A stretch of DNA of 64,000 bases, taken from the sequence record OK272490.1; one strand, written 5' to 3'. This DNA comes from Escherichia phage JLBYU32. Under the pieces are notes generated by a model. That model was not told the DNA's origin. It saw only the letters and a program-made list of their open reading frames with translations, and did not search any database. Made by a program: the position numbers and the translations under genes. This document shows positions 34,784 to 53,503 of this stretch, in pieces (position 1 is the stretch's first letter; each line of letters starts with the position of its first letter).

Positions 34784-35896
34784 ATGTTGACTAATTCTGA
34801 AAAAAGCAGATTTTTCCTTGCTGACCTGACTGGTGAAGTCCAGTCTATCCCAAATACTTATGGGTATATTTCCAACTTAGGTCTGTTCCGTTCAGCACCA
34901 ATCACCCAAACTACTTTCCTTATGGACTTGACTGATTGGGATGTTAGCTTGCTTGATGCGGTAGACCGTGATAGCCGTAAAGCAGAGACTAGCGCACCTG
35001 AGCGTGTTCGTCAAATCAGCTTCCCAATGATGTACTTCAAAGAAGTTGAAAGCATTACTCCTGATGAGATTCAGGGTGTACGTCAGCCAGGCACTGCAAA
35101 CGAACTGACCACTGAAGCTGTGGTACGTGCTAAGAAGCTGATGAAGATTCGTACCAAGTTCGATATTACTCGTGAGTTCTTGTTTATGCAAGCTCTGAAG
35201 GGTAAAGTTGTTGATGCTCGTGGTACTCTGTACGCTGACCTGTACAAGCAGTTCGACGTTGAGAAGAAGACTATTCACTTCGACCTTGACAATCCTAATG
35301 CTGACATTGACGCTGCTATTGAAGAACTGCGTATGCACATGGAAGACGAAGCTAAGACTGGCACTGTAATCAACGGTGAAGAAATTCACGTAGTCGTTGA
35401 CCGTGTATTCTTCAGCAAACTGGTTAAGCATCCTAAGATTCGTGACGCTTATCTTGCACAGCAGACTCCACTGGCTTGGCAGCAGATTACTGGTTCTCTG
35501 AGAACTGGTGGTACTGACGGCGTTCAGGCTCATATGAACACCTTCTACTACGGTGGTGTTAAATTTGTCCAGTACAACGGTAAGTTCAAAGACAAGCGCG
35601 GTAAGGTTCACACTCTGGTTAGCATTGATGGTGTTACTCAGGATGGAACTGTAGGTGTAGGCCACGCTTTCCCTAACGTTTCTATGCTGGGTGAAGCAAA
35701 CAACATCTTCGAAGTGGCATATGGTCCATGTCCTAAGATGGGTTACGCAAATACTCTGGGTCAGGAACTGTACGTATTCGAATACGAAAAAGACCGTGAC
35801 GAAGGTATTGACTTCGAAGCTCACTCTTACATGCTGCCATACTGCACTCGTCCTCAGTTGCTGGTAGATGTCCGTTCTGATGCTAAAGGCGAATAA
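34784..35896 (+). CDS. major capsid protein (by synteny and size)
   Basis: 370 aa after protease-scaffold gene; strong codon bias. Confidence 0.65.
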   Translation: MLTNSEKSRFFLADLTGEVQSIPNTYGYISNLGLFRSAPITQTTFLMDLTDWDVSLLDAVDRDSRKAETSAPERVRQISFPMMYFKEVESITPDEIQGVRQPGTANELTTEAVVRAKKLMKIRTKFDITREFLFMQALKGKVVDARGTLYADLYKQFDVEKKTIHFDLDNPNADIDAAIEELRMHMEDEAKTGTVINGEEIHVVVDRVFFSKLVKHPKIRDAYLAQQTPLAWQQITGSLRTGGTDGVQAHMNTFYYGGVKFVQYNGKFKDKRGKVHTLVSIDGVTQDGTVGVGHAFPNVSMLGEANNIFEVAYGPCPKMGYANTLGQELYVFEYEKDRDEGIDFEAHSYMLPYCTRPQLLVDVRSDAKGE

Positions 35897-35917
35897 TATT
35901 CTTAAGGAGGGTTATTA

Positions 35918-36367
35918 ATGTGTTATACAGGCGACCCAGCCAATAACCCTCTTGATAGAGTAAGAATCCTCTGCACAGACACCAATAATGATGAAATTCT
36001 TATTGAGCAGTCTGTGCTAGAGTGGTTCTATCTAGAATCTGGAAAGGATGAAAAGAAAGCAGCCATCAAAGCTCTTAAATATTTACTCTTTCAAGTAGCC
36101 AAGATGGGAGATGAGAAGGTTGGTGGTGTTTATTTACGTAACTCTTCCAGATTCAAATCTCTGAAAGCTGTTTATGATGACCTTGTTAAAAGCTCTGTTT
36201 CAGGACTACCCTATGCAGGTGGTATCAATCAGTGTGATATTGACATGCGTCGTCAGAATCCTTGCTCTGTCAAGAAATACACAGAATATGGTGATGCTGC
36301 CAGATACGAAGGCAGAGATTACTGCAACCGTGTCAATGGCGTATTTATTATCGAGCGAGATGAATAA
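35918..36367 (+). CDS. head-tail connector/completion protein (by position)
   Basis: ORF with GGAGG RBS. Confidence 0.45.
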   Translation: MCYTGDPANNPLDRVRILCTDTNNDEILIEQSVLEWFYLESGKDEKKAAIKALKYLLFQVAKMGDEKVGGVYLRNSSRFKSLKAVYDDLVKSSVSGLPYAGGINQCDIDMRRQNPCSVKKYTEYGDAARYEGRDYCNRVNGVFIIERDE

Positions 36368-36849
36368 TGGTTAAAAGGGTTATTCACCCCGCTAGAGCAA
36401 AATTAGTCGGGGCTATGAAGAACTTGCAAACGGCTAATGCTCAAGTTGGGTATTTTCAAGAACAAGGTCAACATAGCTCTGGTTTTTCTTATCCTGCTTT
36501 AATGTATTTGCAAGAAGTTATTGGGGTTCCTTCAGCTTCTGGTAAAGTATATCGTAGGTTGTTTGAAATCACTATGATGCTAAACAAACAGACCTTGTTA
36601 GAGCAGACTAAGAAGAATCTATATAAGCAACTTAGCAGTCTCAACACAGACCCTTCAAATACCTTAGAAGCATTTGCAAAGAATGCTCAAAAGGCAATTA
36701 AAAGGGGTTTTGGTAATTCTGCTATCCTCCCTCCTAACGCACCTTCCACAGTCAAGAAAAAAGGCTTTAACGCACCTCTTGTTGAGACAGGTGACTTAAG
36801 AGATAACCTTGCTTATAAAATTTCTACTAAGAAGGGTATTAAAAAATGA
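36367..36849 (+). CDS. head-tail joining protein (by position)
   Basis: ATGA-coupled ORF. Confidence 0.45.
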   Translation: MVKRVIHPARAKLVGAMKNLQTANAQVGYFQEQGQHSSGFSYPALMYLQEVIGVPSASGKVYRRLFEITMMLNKQTLLEQTKKNLYKQLSSLNTDPSNTLEAFAKNAQKAIKRGFGNSAILPPNAPSTVKKKGFNAPLVETGDLRDNLAYKISTKKGIKK

Positions 36850-37247
36850 GACTCTTAAACAGACACAGCTTTGTAGTAAAGCGCAAAGTCTCTGAAGACG
36901 GTTATTATAATGATGATGGTGATTGGGTAGCTTCACAAGATATTGTTGAGGTTAACTGCAAAGGTAATATCCAGCCATACATCAAAGGTTCTGTAAAGAA
37001 TGGTACACAGATTGCTTTACCGGAAGGTATTAGACTCACCGATACAAGAATCCTGTATACTACATATAAACTTAGAACTTCAGATGATGTAGAGTGGAAT
37101 GAGTCTGATATTGTTATGATTGATGGTCATGAGTATGAAGTATTTATGACTATGGATTGGTCACAACAATTAGCCCATACGTCCCATTATGAATATATCA
37201 TTATTAGAAGGGATAAAATGAATGCAGTTAGAAACAGCAGAACTTGA
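36846..37247 (+). CDS. head-tail joining protein (by position)
   Basis: ORF. Confidence 0.45.
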   Translation: MRLLNRHSFVVKRKVSEDGYYNDDGDWVASQDIVEVNCKGNIQPYIKGSVKNGTQIALPEGIRLTDTRILYTTYKLRTSDDVEWNESDIVMIDGHEYEVFMTMDWSQQLAHTSHYEYIIIRRDKMNAVRNSRT

Positions 37248-37821
37248 AAAAGGTCTAGTTAGAACCTTAGTGGATGTTATTGGTCACAGACTAGCTCGTG
37301 ATAAAAATAATAGACCAAACGTAATTAGAGCTTACCCTTCTGATAACTCAAATGACAAAGGTTTAAAACCTGACCAACCATTTATCACCGTATATTGTCA
37401 AGATGCTGCAACACCTTATGGTTGGGTTCTTGATAAGTTTGTTGAGGATGATGTAGTTTGTTACAGAATTGCTTTTCAGATTCCAGTATTAATTACGGTG
37501 AATGGTAAAGGTGCTCACAGTATTATGCTTGAGCTTAAACAACGATTAGAGATGAGTTCAGTCAGAGATTTAATCCTTGAAGAAACAGGAGCTACAGTAC
37601 TAGACACTGGAGCTATCCCGAATGACTATACTTATCTCAATACAGATTTCGAAAATTCTGCACCTCTTGTTGTAACTCTTGTAAAAAACTCAGTCCTGAA
37701 AGATGAACGTGGAAGTATTATTGAGCGTGTCATTGTTGATGGTGAGTTAGTTTATGAAGAAGGACAAGAGCCACCAGAATATACTATCCATCTAGATGTA
37801 GACTCCAAAGGGGTAAAATAA
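37222..37821 (+). CDS. tail completion/neck protein (by position)
   Basis: ORF. Confidence 0.45.
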   Translation: MQLETAELEKGLVRTLVDVIGHRLARDKNNRPNVIRAYPSDNSNDKGLKPDQPFITVYCQDAATPYGWVLDKFVEDDVVCYRIAFQIPVLITVNGKGAHSIMLELKQRLEMSSVRDLILEETGATVLDTGAIPNDYTYLNTDFENSAPLVVTLVKNSVLKDERGSIIERVIVDGELVYEEGQEPPEYTIHLDVDSKGVK

Positions 37822-39174
37822 ATGTGGAATCCAATTGTTAATGTAGATATTACATTGAACACCGCAGGAACTACAAGAGAAGGTTTTGGTTTGCCACTAT
37901 TCTTAGCTTCAACAGATAACTTTGAAGAAAGAGTACGTGGTTACACTTCCTTAACTGAAGTTGCTGAAGATTTCGATGAGAATACTGCTGCATATAAGGC
38001 TGCTAAACAACTTTGGAGTCAGACTCCTAAAGTGACTCAGCTTTATATTGGTAGACGTGCTATGCAGTACACTGTATCAATTCCTAATGCCGTTACTGAA
38101 AGTACAGACTACTCAATCACTGTAGCTGCTGGCGGTGGAATTTCTCAACCATATCAGTATACAGCGCAAGCTGAAGACACTGCTGAAAACGTGTTGCAAC
38201 AGTTTAAAACACAGATTGAAGCTGACCCAACAATCAAAGATAAGGTTTCTGTGAACGTAACTGGTAGCAATGGCTCTGCCACAATGATTATTACCAAAGC
38301 TGGTGATAATGACTTTGTGAAAGTAACAACCACAGCACAGACTGTATATATTGCAAGTACAACTGCCGATACAGCATCAACTGCTCTAGCAGCCATTGAA
38401 GCTTACTCTACTGACTGGTATTTCATTGCAGCAGAAGACAGAACTCAACAGTTTGTCTTAGCAATGGCTTCTGAGATTCAGGCTCGTAAGAAAATTTTCT
38501 TTACAGCTAACTCCGATGTAACAGCCCTACAAGGTACAGAATTAGCCAGTGCAAATGATGTTCCAGCACAGCTTGCTAAGAATATGTACACTCGTACAGT
38601 TTGCTTGTGGCATCACGCAGCATCAGAAGATTATCCAGAGATGGCATACATTGCTTATGGTGCTCCATATGATGCAGGTTCAATTGCTTGGGGTAATGCT
38701 CAGCTAACTGGTGTAGCCGCTTCTCTACAACCATCTAATCAGAGACCTCTGACAAGTATTCAGAAGTCTGCTTTAGATGTACGTCACTGTAACTTTATTG
38801 ACCTTGATGGTGGTGTTCCAGTGGTTCGTAGAGGGATTACTTCTGGTGGGGAATGGATTGATATCGTCCGTGGTGTTGACTGGTTAGAATCAGACCTGAA
38901 AACTTCTCTGAGAGACTTGCTAATTAACCAGAAGGGTGGTAAGATTACTTATGATGATACTGGTATTACCCGTATTCGTCAAGTCATTGAAACCTCTCTG
39001 CAAAGAGCAGTCAACAGAAACTTCCTGTCATCTTACACAGTTAATGTTCCTAAAGCCTCTCAAGTTGCTTTAGCAGACAAGAAAGCTCGTATCCTGAAAG
39101 ACGTTACCTTCGCAGGTATCTTAGCAGGGGCTATCTTGGATGTTGACTTGAAAGGTACAGTGGCTTACGAATAA
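37822..39174 (+). CDS. tail sheath protein
   Basis: 450 aa directly upstream of 148-aa tube gene, chaperone frameshift pair and tape measure (canonical myovirus order). Confidence 0.65.
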   Translation: MWNPIVNVDITLNTAGTTREGFGLPLFLASTDNFEERVRGYTSLTEVAEDFDENTAAYKAAKQLWSQTPKVTQLYIGRRAMQYTVSIPNAVTESTDYSITVAAGGGISQPYQYTAQAEDTAENVLQQFKTQIEADPTIKDKVSVNVTGSNGSATMIITKAGDNDFVKVTTTAQTVYIASTTADTASTALAAIEAYSTDWYFIAAEDRTQQFVLAMASEIQARKKIFFTANSDVTALQGTELASANDVPAQLAKNMYTRTVCLWHHAASEDYPEMAYIAYGAPYDAGSIAWGNAQLTGVAASLQPSNQRPLTSIQKSALDVRHCNFIDLDGGVPVVRRGITSGGEWIDIVRGVDWLESDLKTSLRDLLINQKGGKITYDDTGITRIRQVIETSLQRAVNRNFLSSYTVNVPKASQVALADKKARILKDVTFAGILAGAILDVDLKGTVAYE

Positions 39175-39189
39175 TAGAGGTAAATTGGA

Positions 39190-39636
39190 ATGGCTATGTA
39201 TCAGCAATATTCCCCTAAAGACGTTGTATGTAGCTGGAACGGCATTGCTATTGAAGGCTTTGCTCCAGACTCATTCTTGCGTCTACAGAGAACATCACCA
39301 CTTGTGACACCAGTTGTTGGTGCAGGTGGTCAGGTTGCTCTGACAAGAAATGCAGACAAGACAGGTACTATTGAGATTGAGCTAATGCAGACTTCTCTCT
39401 CTAACCAGATGCTTTCTGCAATTCAAGCTAAACAAGACAATATGGAACTTGAAGAAGATATCTCTTCTAACTTCGTAATCTACGACCCATCAGGCTCTGT
39501 TCTGGCAACTGGTATTAACGCTTGGTTGCAGGAGTTACCACAGATTGAACTTGGTCGTGACCAGAACTCTAAAACTTGGATTTTTGGTTGTGAGAAGTTA
39601 GACTACACTTCTACAATTCCAGCGTCAAGTGTTTAA
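39190..39636 (+). CDS. tail tube protein
   Basis: 148 aa between sheath and chaperone genes; terminator follows. Confidence 0.6.
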   Translation: MAMYQQYSPKDVVCSWNGIAIEGFAPDSFLRLQRTSPLVTPVVGAGGQVALTRNADKTGTIEIELMQTSLSNQMLSAIQAKQDNMELEEDISSNFVIYDPSGSVLATGINAWLQELPQIELGRDQNSKTWIFGCEKLDYTSTIPASSV

Positions 39637-39648
39637 TAAATCCTATAA

Positions 39649-39680
39649 GGGGGAGACTTTAAAAGGTCTTCCCCTTTTTT
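39649..39680 (+). terminator. rho-independent terminator (likely partial readthrough)
   Basis: GGGGGAGAC..GGTCTTCCCC hairpin followed by TTTTTTG. Confidence 0.6.
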
Positions 39681-39709
39681 GTTTCTTTTAAAAGTATTAA
39701 GGAATCACA

Positions 39710-40108
39710 ATGAAAACAGAATCTAGAGTAATTAATGGTAAGAAAGTAAATATCGTTCTGCTTGGGGCAAGAGATGGTATTAAGATGTCTATGAAGTTGG
39801 GTAAAATTGTTGTTCCAACTTTTGCACAGATGCTGTCAAGTCTGACTGACAAGGGTAAGAAAGAAGCTCCAATGGTTCCATTTAAAGAACTTGTTGAAGC
39901 TTGTTTTGACAGAATTGAAGAAATTAACCTTGAAGAAATGGCTACCCTGTTATTTCAAGGGGCAACTGTTGATGACTTCCCACTCAATATTGATACATAC
40001 TTCCAAGCAAACTACGGTGAGTTCATTGATTACTTAGCATTTGCGCTGGAGGCAAACTTCGGAAGTTTTTTCGAAGCAAGCATTTTCAAAAGCCTAACTT
40101 CTCAGTAA
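39710..40108 (+). CDS. tail assembly chaperone (G-like)
   Basis: position before tape measure; slippery heptamer near 3' end. Confidence 0.6.
   Translation: MKTESRVINGKKVNIVLLGARDGIKMSMKLGKIVVPTFAQMLSSLTDKGKKEAPMVPFKELVEACFDRIEEINLEEMATLLFQGATVDDFPLNIDTYFQANYGEFIDYLAFALEANFGSFFEASIFKSLTSQ
40066..40072 (+). other. programmed -1 ribosomal frameshift site (slippery heptamer T_TTT_TTC)
   Basis: heptamer in X_XXY_YYZ register of 39710 ORF; -1 frame is open from 40069 into ORF 40111-40350. Confidence 0.6.
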
Positions 40109-40110
40109 AC

Positions 40111-40349
40111 ATGGGTAACACTCTACAGACACCACTAACTGATGCTGCTGTAGAGGCAACCTATGAAGAAGCAGACGAGATGAAATTTGTGCTTGCTATT
40201 TATGGTATGGAAGGGTGTAAAGAAACACTCGACCAACTCTTTGCTATGACATTCTCTGATTTATTATCATTGAGACAATTTCTTGAAATTCAGAGGTCGT
40301 ATAAAGAGGAAATTGCTTACAACGAACTTAGAAGAGCAGGAAAAATGTA

Positions 40350-40350
<1 letters not shown>
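40111..40350 (+). CDS. tail assembly chaperone frameshift extension (GT-like)
   Basis: in -1 frame relative to upstream chaperone, no intervening stop from slip site. Confidence 0.55.
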
Positions 40351-48369
<8,019 letters not shown>

Positions 48370-48371
48370 TA

Positions 48372-49520
48372 ATGGCAGTAGGTGAAATTCAAATTAGTGC
48401 CTTGCCTCAAGCAGCCTTACCAATCGACCTTAGTGATATCTTCCATCTTAAACAGGGTATCGAGGATAAGAGATGTACTCTTGAGCAACTACTTGCTCCA
48501 CATTCAAGCCTAAGAAATAACCCTCATGGTGTTACTAAGACACAAATTGGTCTAGACAATGTTATTAATGCTCTTCAGTTAGTTGCTGCAAATAACTTAT
48601 CAGATATTGTTAATGTAGCTGAGGCAAGAGCAAATCTACAGATTATGTCTTCAGAAGAGGTTAATAGCCTTATTCAACAGCATATTAATGACAAGAGCAA
48701 CCCACACAATACAACTAAGGCACAGGTTGGTTTAAGTAATGTCCAGAACTGGACAACATCTAACCTTTATAATGAAGATGCAGATAAGTATGCTACAGCA
48801 AGAGCAGTAAATAACTTGTACAAGGCTGTTCAGGCTTCTTATCCAGTAGGTACTATCCATCTCTCTATGAATCCTGCAAACCCCTCTACATATTTAATTT
48901 GTGGAGGTACTTGGGAGTTAGTTTCAAAAGGAAGAGCACTTGTAGGTTATGATAGTGATTCTAGGCCAGTTGGTTCAACGTTTGGTTCACAGACTACTGC
49001 ACTGACGGTTAATAACATCCCTGCACATACCCACTCAGTGTATGTCACTGGTGGTGGTCACACTCATGGTGCAACGGCCTCTATCGGTGCTTTTGATTAT
49101 GGCACTAAAGGGACTACAACGTTTGACTACGGAACCAAGACCGTATCTACTTACGACTATGGCAACAGAACAACAAGTGCTGCTGGCTTAACACAAACAA
49201 CATTCATTAACCGTGGCTATGCTGATGGTGGTTGGAGAGGTTTATCGGTTGAGGGGGCAAGCTATGACCCAAGAGCTACGCTGACAACAGCTAACAACCA
49301 CACTCACTCTGTAGCAATTGGTGCGCATAATCATACGGTTGGTATTGGTGCTCACAGCCATACTGTTGCAATTGGTTCCCACAACCACTCAGCAACAGTA
49401 ACAGTAACCGGAGCAGGTGAGCATTCACACTCTGGCACAACTGGCACAACTGGTTCTGGTCAAGCATTTAGTGTTGAACAGCCATCCTTCGTATTGTATG
49501 TATGGCAGAGAACAGCTTAA
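48372..49520 (+). CDS. tail fiber protein with C-terminal His-rich HxH repeat domain
   Basis: repeated HTHS / HNHT / HSHT motifs; C-terminal ...GSGQAFSVEQPSFVLYVWQRTA shared with next fiber. Confidence 0.65.
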   Translation: MAVGEIQISALPQAALPIDLSDIFHLKQGIEDKRCTLEQLLAPHSSLRNNPHGVTKTQIGLDNVINALQLVAANNLSDIVNVAEARANLQIMSSEEVNSLIQQHINDKSNPHNTTKAQVGLSNVQNWTTSNLYNEDADKYATARAVNNLYKAVQASYPVGTIHLSMNPANPSTYLICGGTWELVSKGRALVGYDSDSRPVGSTFGSQTTALTVNNIPAHTHSVYVTGGGHTHGATASIGAFDYGTKGTTTFDYGTKTVSTYDYGNRTTSAAGLTQTTFINRGYADGGWRGLSVEGASYDPRATLTTANNHTHSVAIGAHNHTVGIGAHSHTVAIGSHNHSATVTVTGAGEHSHSGTTGTTGSGQAFSVEQPSFVLYVWQRTA

Positions 49521-49530
49521 TTTCTTTACA

Positions 49531-49552
49531 GGGGCTTTATAGCCCCTTTTAA
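49531..49552 (+). terminator. hairpin GGGGCT-TTAT-AGCCCC + T-tract
   Basis: same stem sequence as cassette type A hairpin; followed by TTTT. Confidence 0.55.
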
Positions 49553-49566
49553 GAGGAAAATTTATA

Positions 49567-51918
49567 ATGGCAGATTACAAGTTGAGTGAATTAAACTCAA
49601 TTGATACAATTCGTTCAGACGACCTTCTTCATGTCAGGGTTAAAAAGAGACCTGAAATGCTGGGTGATGAAGACCGTCGAATGACCTATCAAGACTTCTT
49701 AGCATCTTTTAAACTAGAAAGATTTGTCCAGATTGCTGGTAGCACTATGACGGGTGACTTAGGAATTGTTAAGTTACTTTATGGTGGTAAGGTAGTCTTT
49801 GACCCAACAGGCTCTTCTGAGATTAATATTGGGGATGTTTTAAAGACTTTTAAAATTAACGCAAATGGCCTTAAACTAACTATCGCAGATGCTTCAAGGT
49901 CGGCAACTGTTTATCATACTCTTAATAAGCCAAGTCCTAATGAACTTGGGATGAGAACTAATGAAGAGAATGATGCAAGATATGCAAGACTTGCTGTAAA
50001 TAACACCTTTAGGGCCACTCAAAATATTCTATCTGATAATGAAACTATTATTGTTAAGAATGTTACACAAGGGATGCCGCTGTATATTCGCGGTCGAGAT
50101 GCAGATGGTTCTAACAGGTGGTATCTAGGCAATGATAACAAAGGTACAGACAATCTTGTTTTAAAAAATGTTAAATCTGGTGCATATGTAGCTATTTTGG
50201 ATAGCTTAATCACTGTGAACAAATCTATCCAGATTACTGGTCAAGTTCAGCCTTCTGACTTCTCTAACTTAGATGCTAGATACTTTACTCAGACAGCAGC
50301 TAATCAGAGATTTGCACAGTTAGTTGCGAATAACACTTTTAGAGGTATTAACAATTTTGTAGGAGAGTTCAATATCACCAGAGATAACGCTGTGCTAGTC
50401 GTTAAGAATGCCACTGCTGCAACTGGACTGTACTTGCTGGGGCAGAAGGCTGATGGGACAAACAAGTTCTACTTAGGGACTGATGACTCTGATTCTGTAG
50501 TCAACCTACATAACTACACCACGAGTACAACTATCTCTTTGTCAAATGTGATTACCACTACTAAGACTGTGAAAATCACTGGTCAAGTACAACCTTCAGA
50601 TTGGACTAACATTGACTCTCGTTATGTTCTTATTGGTTCATACGCAAATCTTGCTAAGAAGAATGAAGCTAACACATTCACTTTACAGCAGAATATTCAA
50701 TCTGATGGTGAAGCATTAAGAATCTACAGCAAGGCTCAGAATAATTCTTCTTACATTGTTGGTAAGAATACTGATAACACAAATAAGTGGTTTATTGGTT
50801 GTGGTACTAATGGTTCTGGTACGGCATCATTCCATAACTACTTGACTGGTGCAAGACTCGATTTAGCTGACGAAATTCTTCTGTCTAAATCTCTACAGAT
50901 TACTGGACAGGTAAAACCTTCTGATTGGTCTAACTTAGATGCTAGATACTTCACTCAGTCAGCAGCTAATCAGAGATTCATGGTTGCAGGTTCTACAGGA
51001 GAAGCTACAGAGCATAATGCAGATGGTGTGGCATGGAACGCTAAAACAGGCTTATATAATGTAACCTCAACAAATGCTGATTACACAGCACTTGTGTTTC
51101 AAATGTATCAGGGGGTTAACTCTTCTACTGCCTGTGCGCAATTAAAGTTCCAGTATAAGAACGGTGGGATGTGGTACAGAACATCTGTAGATAGTAAAGG
51201 CTTTGAAGCTAAGTGGTCTAAGATTTACACAGAAGCACAGAAGCCAACCCCTTCAGAGCTTGGTGCATACACTAAAGCAGAAACTGACCAGAAGATTGCA
51301 CAGGCAGTAAGTGACTCTACAGACCTTAATAAAATCTATCCAGTAGGTATTGTGACGTGGTTTAACAGTAATGTTAACCCTAATACAGCACTGCCTGGTC
51401 TAACTTGGACGTATCTGAACAATGGTGTTGGTAGAACTATCAGAATTGCAGCAGCAAACGGTTCAGATGTTGCTACAACTGGTGGTTCAGACTCTGTGAC
51501 GTTAGCTGTTGGTAACTTACCTTCACACACTCACAGTTTTTCTGCGACTACCTCATCGTTTGACTACGGAACAAAAAACACTAACACGACTGGTGCTCAC
51601 ACACACTCTGTAAGTGGTTCTACTTCATCTGCTGGTAACCACAACCACGCTATCTCGTGGATTGGTCAGAACTCTACACACTATTCTGGTGGTGGTGGTG
51701 GTAAAATCGGTACAGGTCCGGGTTACACTGATGCTGCTGGTGCGCACACCCACACAATCTCTGGTACTGCTGCTTCTGCTGGTAACCATGCTCACAGTGT
51801 TGGTATTGGTGCTCACAGTCATACTGTTAGTGGTAACACTGGTGGTACAGGTTCTGGTTCAGCATTTAGTGTAACTAACCAGTTCTACAAGTTAATGGCT
51901 TGGGTGAGAACTGCTTAA
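49567..51918 (+). CDS. long tail fiber protein with internal repeats and C-terminal His-rich HxH domain
   Basis: three copies of ~[20 protein letters not shown](T/S)AANQRF; C-terminal HTHS/HNHA/HSHT repeats and ...[22 protein letters not shown]. Confidence 0.7.
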   Translation: MADYKLSELNSIDTIRSDDLLHVRVKKRPEMLGDEDRRMTYQDFLASFKLERFVQIAGSTMTGDLGIVKLLYGGKVVFDPTGSSEINIGDVLKTFKINANGLKLTIADASRSATVYHTLNKPSPNELGMRTNEENDARYARLAVNNTFRATQNILSDNETIIVKNVTQGMPLYIRGRDADGSNRWYLGNDNKGTDNLVLKNVKSGAYVAILDSLITVNKSIQITGQVQPSDFSNLDARYFTQTAANQRFAQLVANNTFRGINNFVGEFNITRDNAVLVVKNATAATGLYLLGQKADGTNKFYLGTDDSDSVVNLHNYTTSTTISLSNVITTTKTVKITGQVQPSDWTNIDSRYVLIGSYANLAKKNEANTFTLQQNIQSDGEALRIYSKAQNNSSYIVGKNTDNTNKWFIGCGTNGSGTASFHNYLTGARLDLADEILLSKSLQITGQVKPSDWSNLDARYFTQSAANQRFMVAGSTGEATEHNADGVAWNAKTGLYNVTSTNADYTALVFQMYQGVNSSTACAQLKFQYKNGGMWYRTSVDSKGFEAKWSKIYTEAQKPTPSELGAYTKAETDQKIAQAVSDSTDLNKIYPVGIVTWFNSNVNPNTALPGLTWTYLNNGVGRTIRIAAANGSDVATTGGSDSVTLAVGNLPSHTHSFSATTSSFDYGTKNTNTTGAHTHSVSGSTSSAGNHNHAISWIGQNSTHYSGGGGGKIGTGPGYTDAAGAHTHTISGTAASAGNHAHSVGIGAHSHTVSGNTGGTGSGSAFSVTNQFYKLMAWVRTA

Positions 51919-51997
51919 TCCCTTGTTGACTGATTGTTAAGATGGTGTTAATATTCTTTATGGGTATTCTCACCATCTTGGCTGATGAGGTGATTAA

Positions 51998-52192
51998 ATG
52001 CCTACAATCCTAGCAATTCTTCTAAAAAATCTAGGTAGTTTCTTCTGGAAACTCATTTTATCCCTTCTAAGTGAATACATGATTGAGAAAGTGTTCTTTA
52101 GGCTTGCAAGATACCTTGCGAGTAAGACAGACACACCTATTGATGATGAGTTCGTAGATAACTTAGAAAAAGCTTTTAAGGGGGAGAAATAA
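51998..52192 (+). CDS. hypothetical small membrane protein (holin candidate)
   Basis: 64 aa, hydrophobic N-terminal segment ILAILLKNLGSFFWKLILSLL. Confidence 0.3.
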   Translation: MPTILAILLKNLGSFFWKLILSLLSEYMIEKVFFRLARYLASKTDTPIDDEFVDNLEKAFKGEK

Positions 52193-52564
52193 ATGAAGTG
52201 GCTGGAGGAAGCTTTTAAAAATAATATTGGTGCAATTGTAGTTGGTATTTTTAGTGTTATTGGGATGTATACCACCATGCAAGTTTCGGATGGTAAACAA
52301 GAAGTGTCTATCACAACAAAGTTACAGCAGCTAGATAATTATTCCAAAAGTAATTATTCAGCTATTCGTGATTTACAGTCTGATATGAGGCTGCTTCAGC
52401 TAGGGATGGAGAACCAGAAAGTCCAGTTAGAGAATGTTAAGGGAGAGAACGCAAAACTTACTAAGACTCTTGATAAATTTTCTGATAGTGTGAACAATCT
52501 GGCTCAATCAGTATCAGCCCTCCAAGCTATTACTGAAAAGAACACAAAGAATACTGAAAAATAA
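52193..52564 (+). CDS. hypothetical membrane-anchored coiled-coil protein
   Basis: N-terminal TM (IGAIVVGIFSVIGMY) then heptad-rich region. Confidence 0.4.
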   Translation: MKWLEEAFKNNIGAIVVGIFSVIGMYTTMQVSDGKQEVSITTKLQQLDNYSKSNYSAIRDLQSDMRLLQLGMENQKVQLENVKGENAKLTKTLDKFSDSVNNLAQSVSALQAITEKNTKNTEK

Positions 52565-52571
52565 AATTTTA

Positions 52572-52600
52572 AGGCTCCTTTTTACGGGAGCCTTTTTTGT
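52572..52600. terminator. bidirectional rho-independent terminator between convergent blocks
   Basis: AAGGCTCC..GGGAGCCTT hairpin flanked by A-run and T-run. Confidence 0.7.
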
Positions 52601-52602
52601 TT

Positions 52603-53502
52603 CTACTTACCTACTGACAAAGGTGCTTCAATCTTTCCTGCATGTTGGTAGTTACTAATTCCACCAATAAAGTCACTTGCAGTAAGATGTTTCAGGTCAC
52701 TTAAAGTATTAAGTTGTAGACCAATCTCAAAAGTTGGTGCATGGAACTCTTCATTGTTCATCAGTTCATAAACCTGCTTCATATGATTCTGATAAATCTG
52801 AGTATCTCCAAAGACACCTATCAAGTACCGTGGAGTGTATCCAGTCATCTTACAAAGAACTTCCAGAATAAAACCATAAGATGCAATATTAAACGGAAGT
52901 CCTAAAAAGGTGTCTACTGAACGCTGATACCACTGTAAGTCAACTTCACCCTCGTTAGTAATATAAATCTGAAACAGAACATGGCAAGGTGCTAGAGCCA
53001 TTGAGTTTGCTGCAATATCTGCTGCATTCCAAGCATTCACAAGCATGTAACGGTCTGTGATATCACCCTTCATCTTCGTTACTAAGGTCTCTAGCTGGTC
53101 TACAACACAACCGTTATGACCTTCAAAGTTTCTCCACTGAACTCCGTAGATTCTTCCACCTGCATCTTCTAACCAATCTTGTTCAGAAGAATAGTTAGAG
53201 CTTAACCATCGTTTAAAATCATCTGACCAGATAGTCCAACGTTCTCCGTCATTTTCACCCCAAGTACGGTAACGGAGTTCACCCAGTTTATTCTCACCAT
53301 TCAGGAACCATAAAGCTTCCCCAATAACTTGCCGCGTAAACACCTGTTTAGAGGTTAAGAGTGGGAAACCAGTTCTCATATCAAAACGAAACTGTGGTGG
53401 AGCAAATGCAGAGATAACATCTCCAGTTCGTGTAGTACGCAGTTCGCCAACAGATAAAACATGGTTCAGGATATTTTTGTAACTTGTATCTGCTTGTGAC
53501 AT
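52603..53502 (-). CDS. thyA: thymidylate synthase
   Basis: catalytic cysteine motif ALAPCH and overall ThyA-like sequence; 299 aa. Confidence 0.85.
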   Translation of the reverse strand: MSQADTSYKNILNHVLSVGELRTTRTGDVISAFAPPQFRFDMRTGFPLLTSKQVFTRQVIGEALWFLNGENKLGELRYRTWGENDGERWTIWSDDFKRWLSSNYSSEQDWLEDAGGRIYGVQWRNFEGHNGCVVDQLETLVTKMKGDITDRYMLVNAWNAADIAANSMALAPCHVLFQIYITNEGEVDLQWYQRSVDTFLGLPFNIASYGFILEVLCKMTGYTPRYLIGVFGDTQIYQNHMKQVYELMNNEEFHAPTFEIGLQLNTLSDLKHLTASDFIGGISNYQHAGKIEAPLSVGK

Positions 53503-53503
53503 A

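Noticed and set aside
34892-35824. 310-aa ORF on the - strand antisense to the major capsid gene
   Set aside because: Lies entirely inside a well-supported + strand late gene; low-complexity translation (runs of V/F/N/T); typical shadow ORF.
51614-51874. 86-aa + strand ORF (Leu/Val/Thr-rich) inside the long tail fiber gene
   Set aside because: Alternative frame of the His/Gly/Thr repeat region; composition is an artefact of the repeats.
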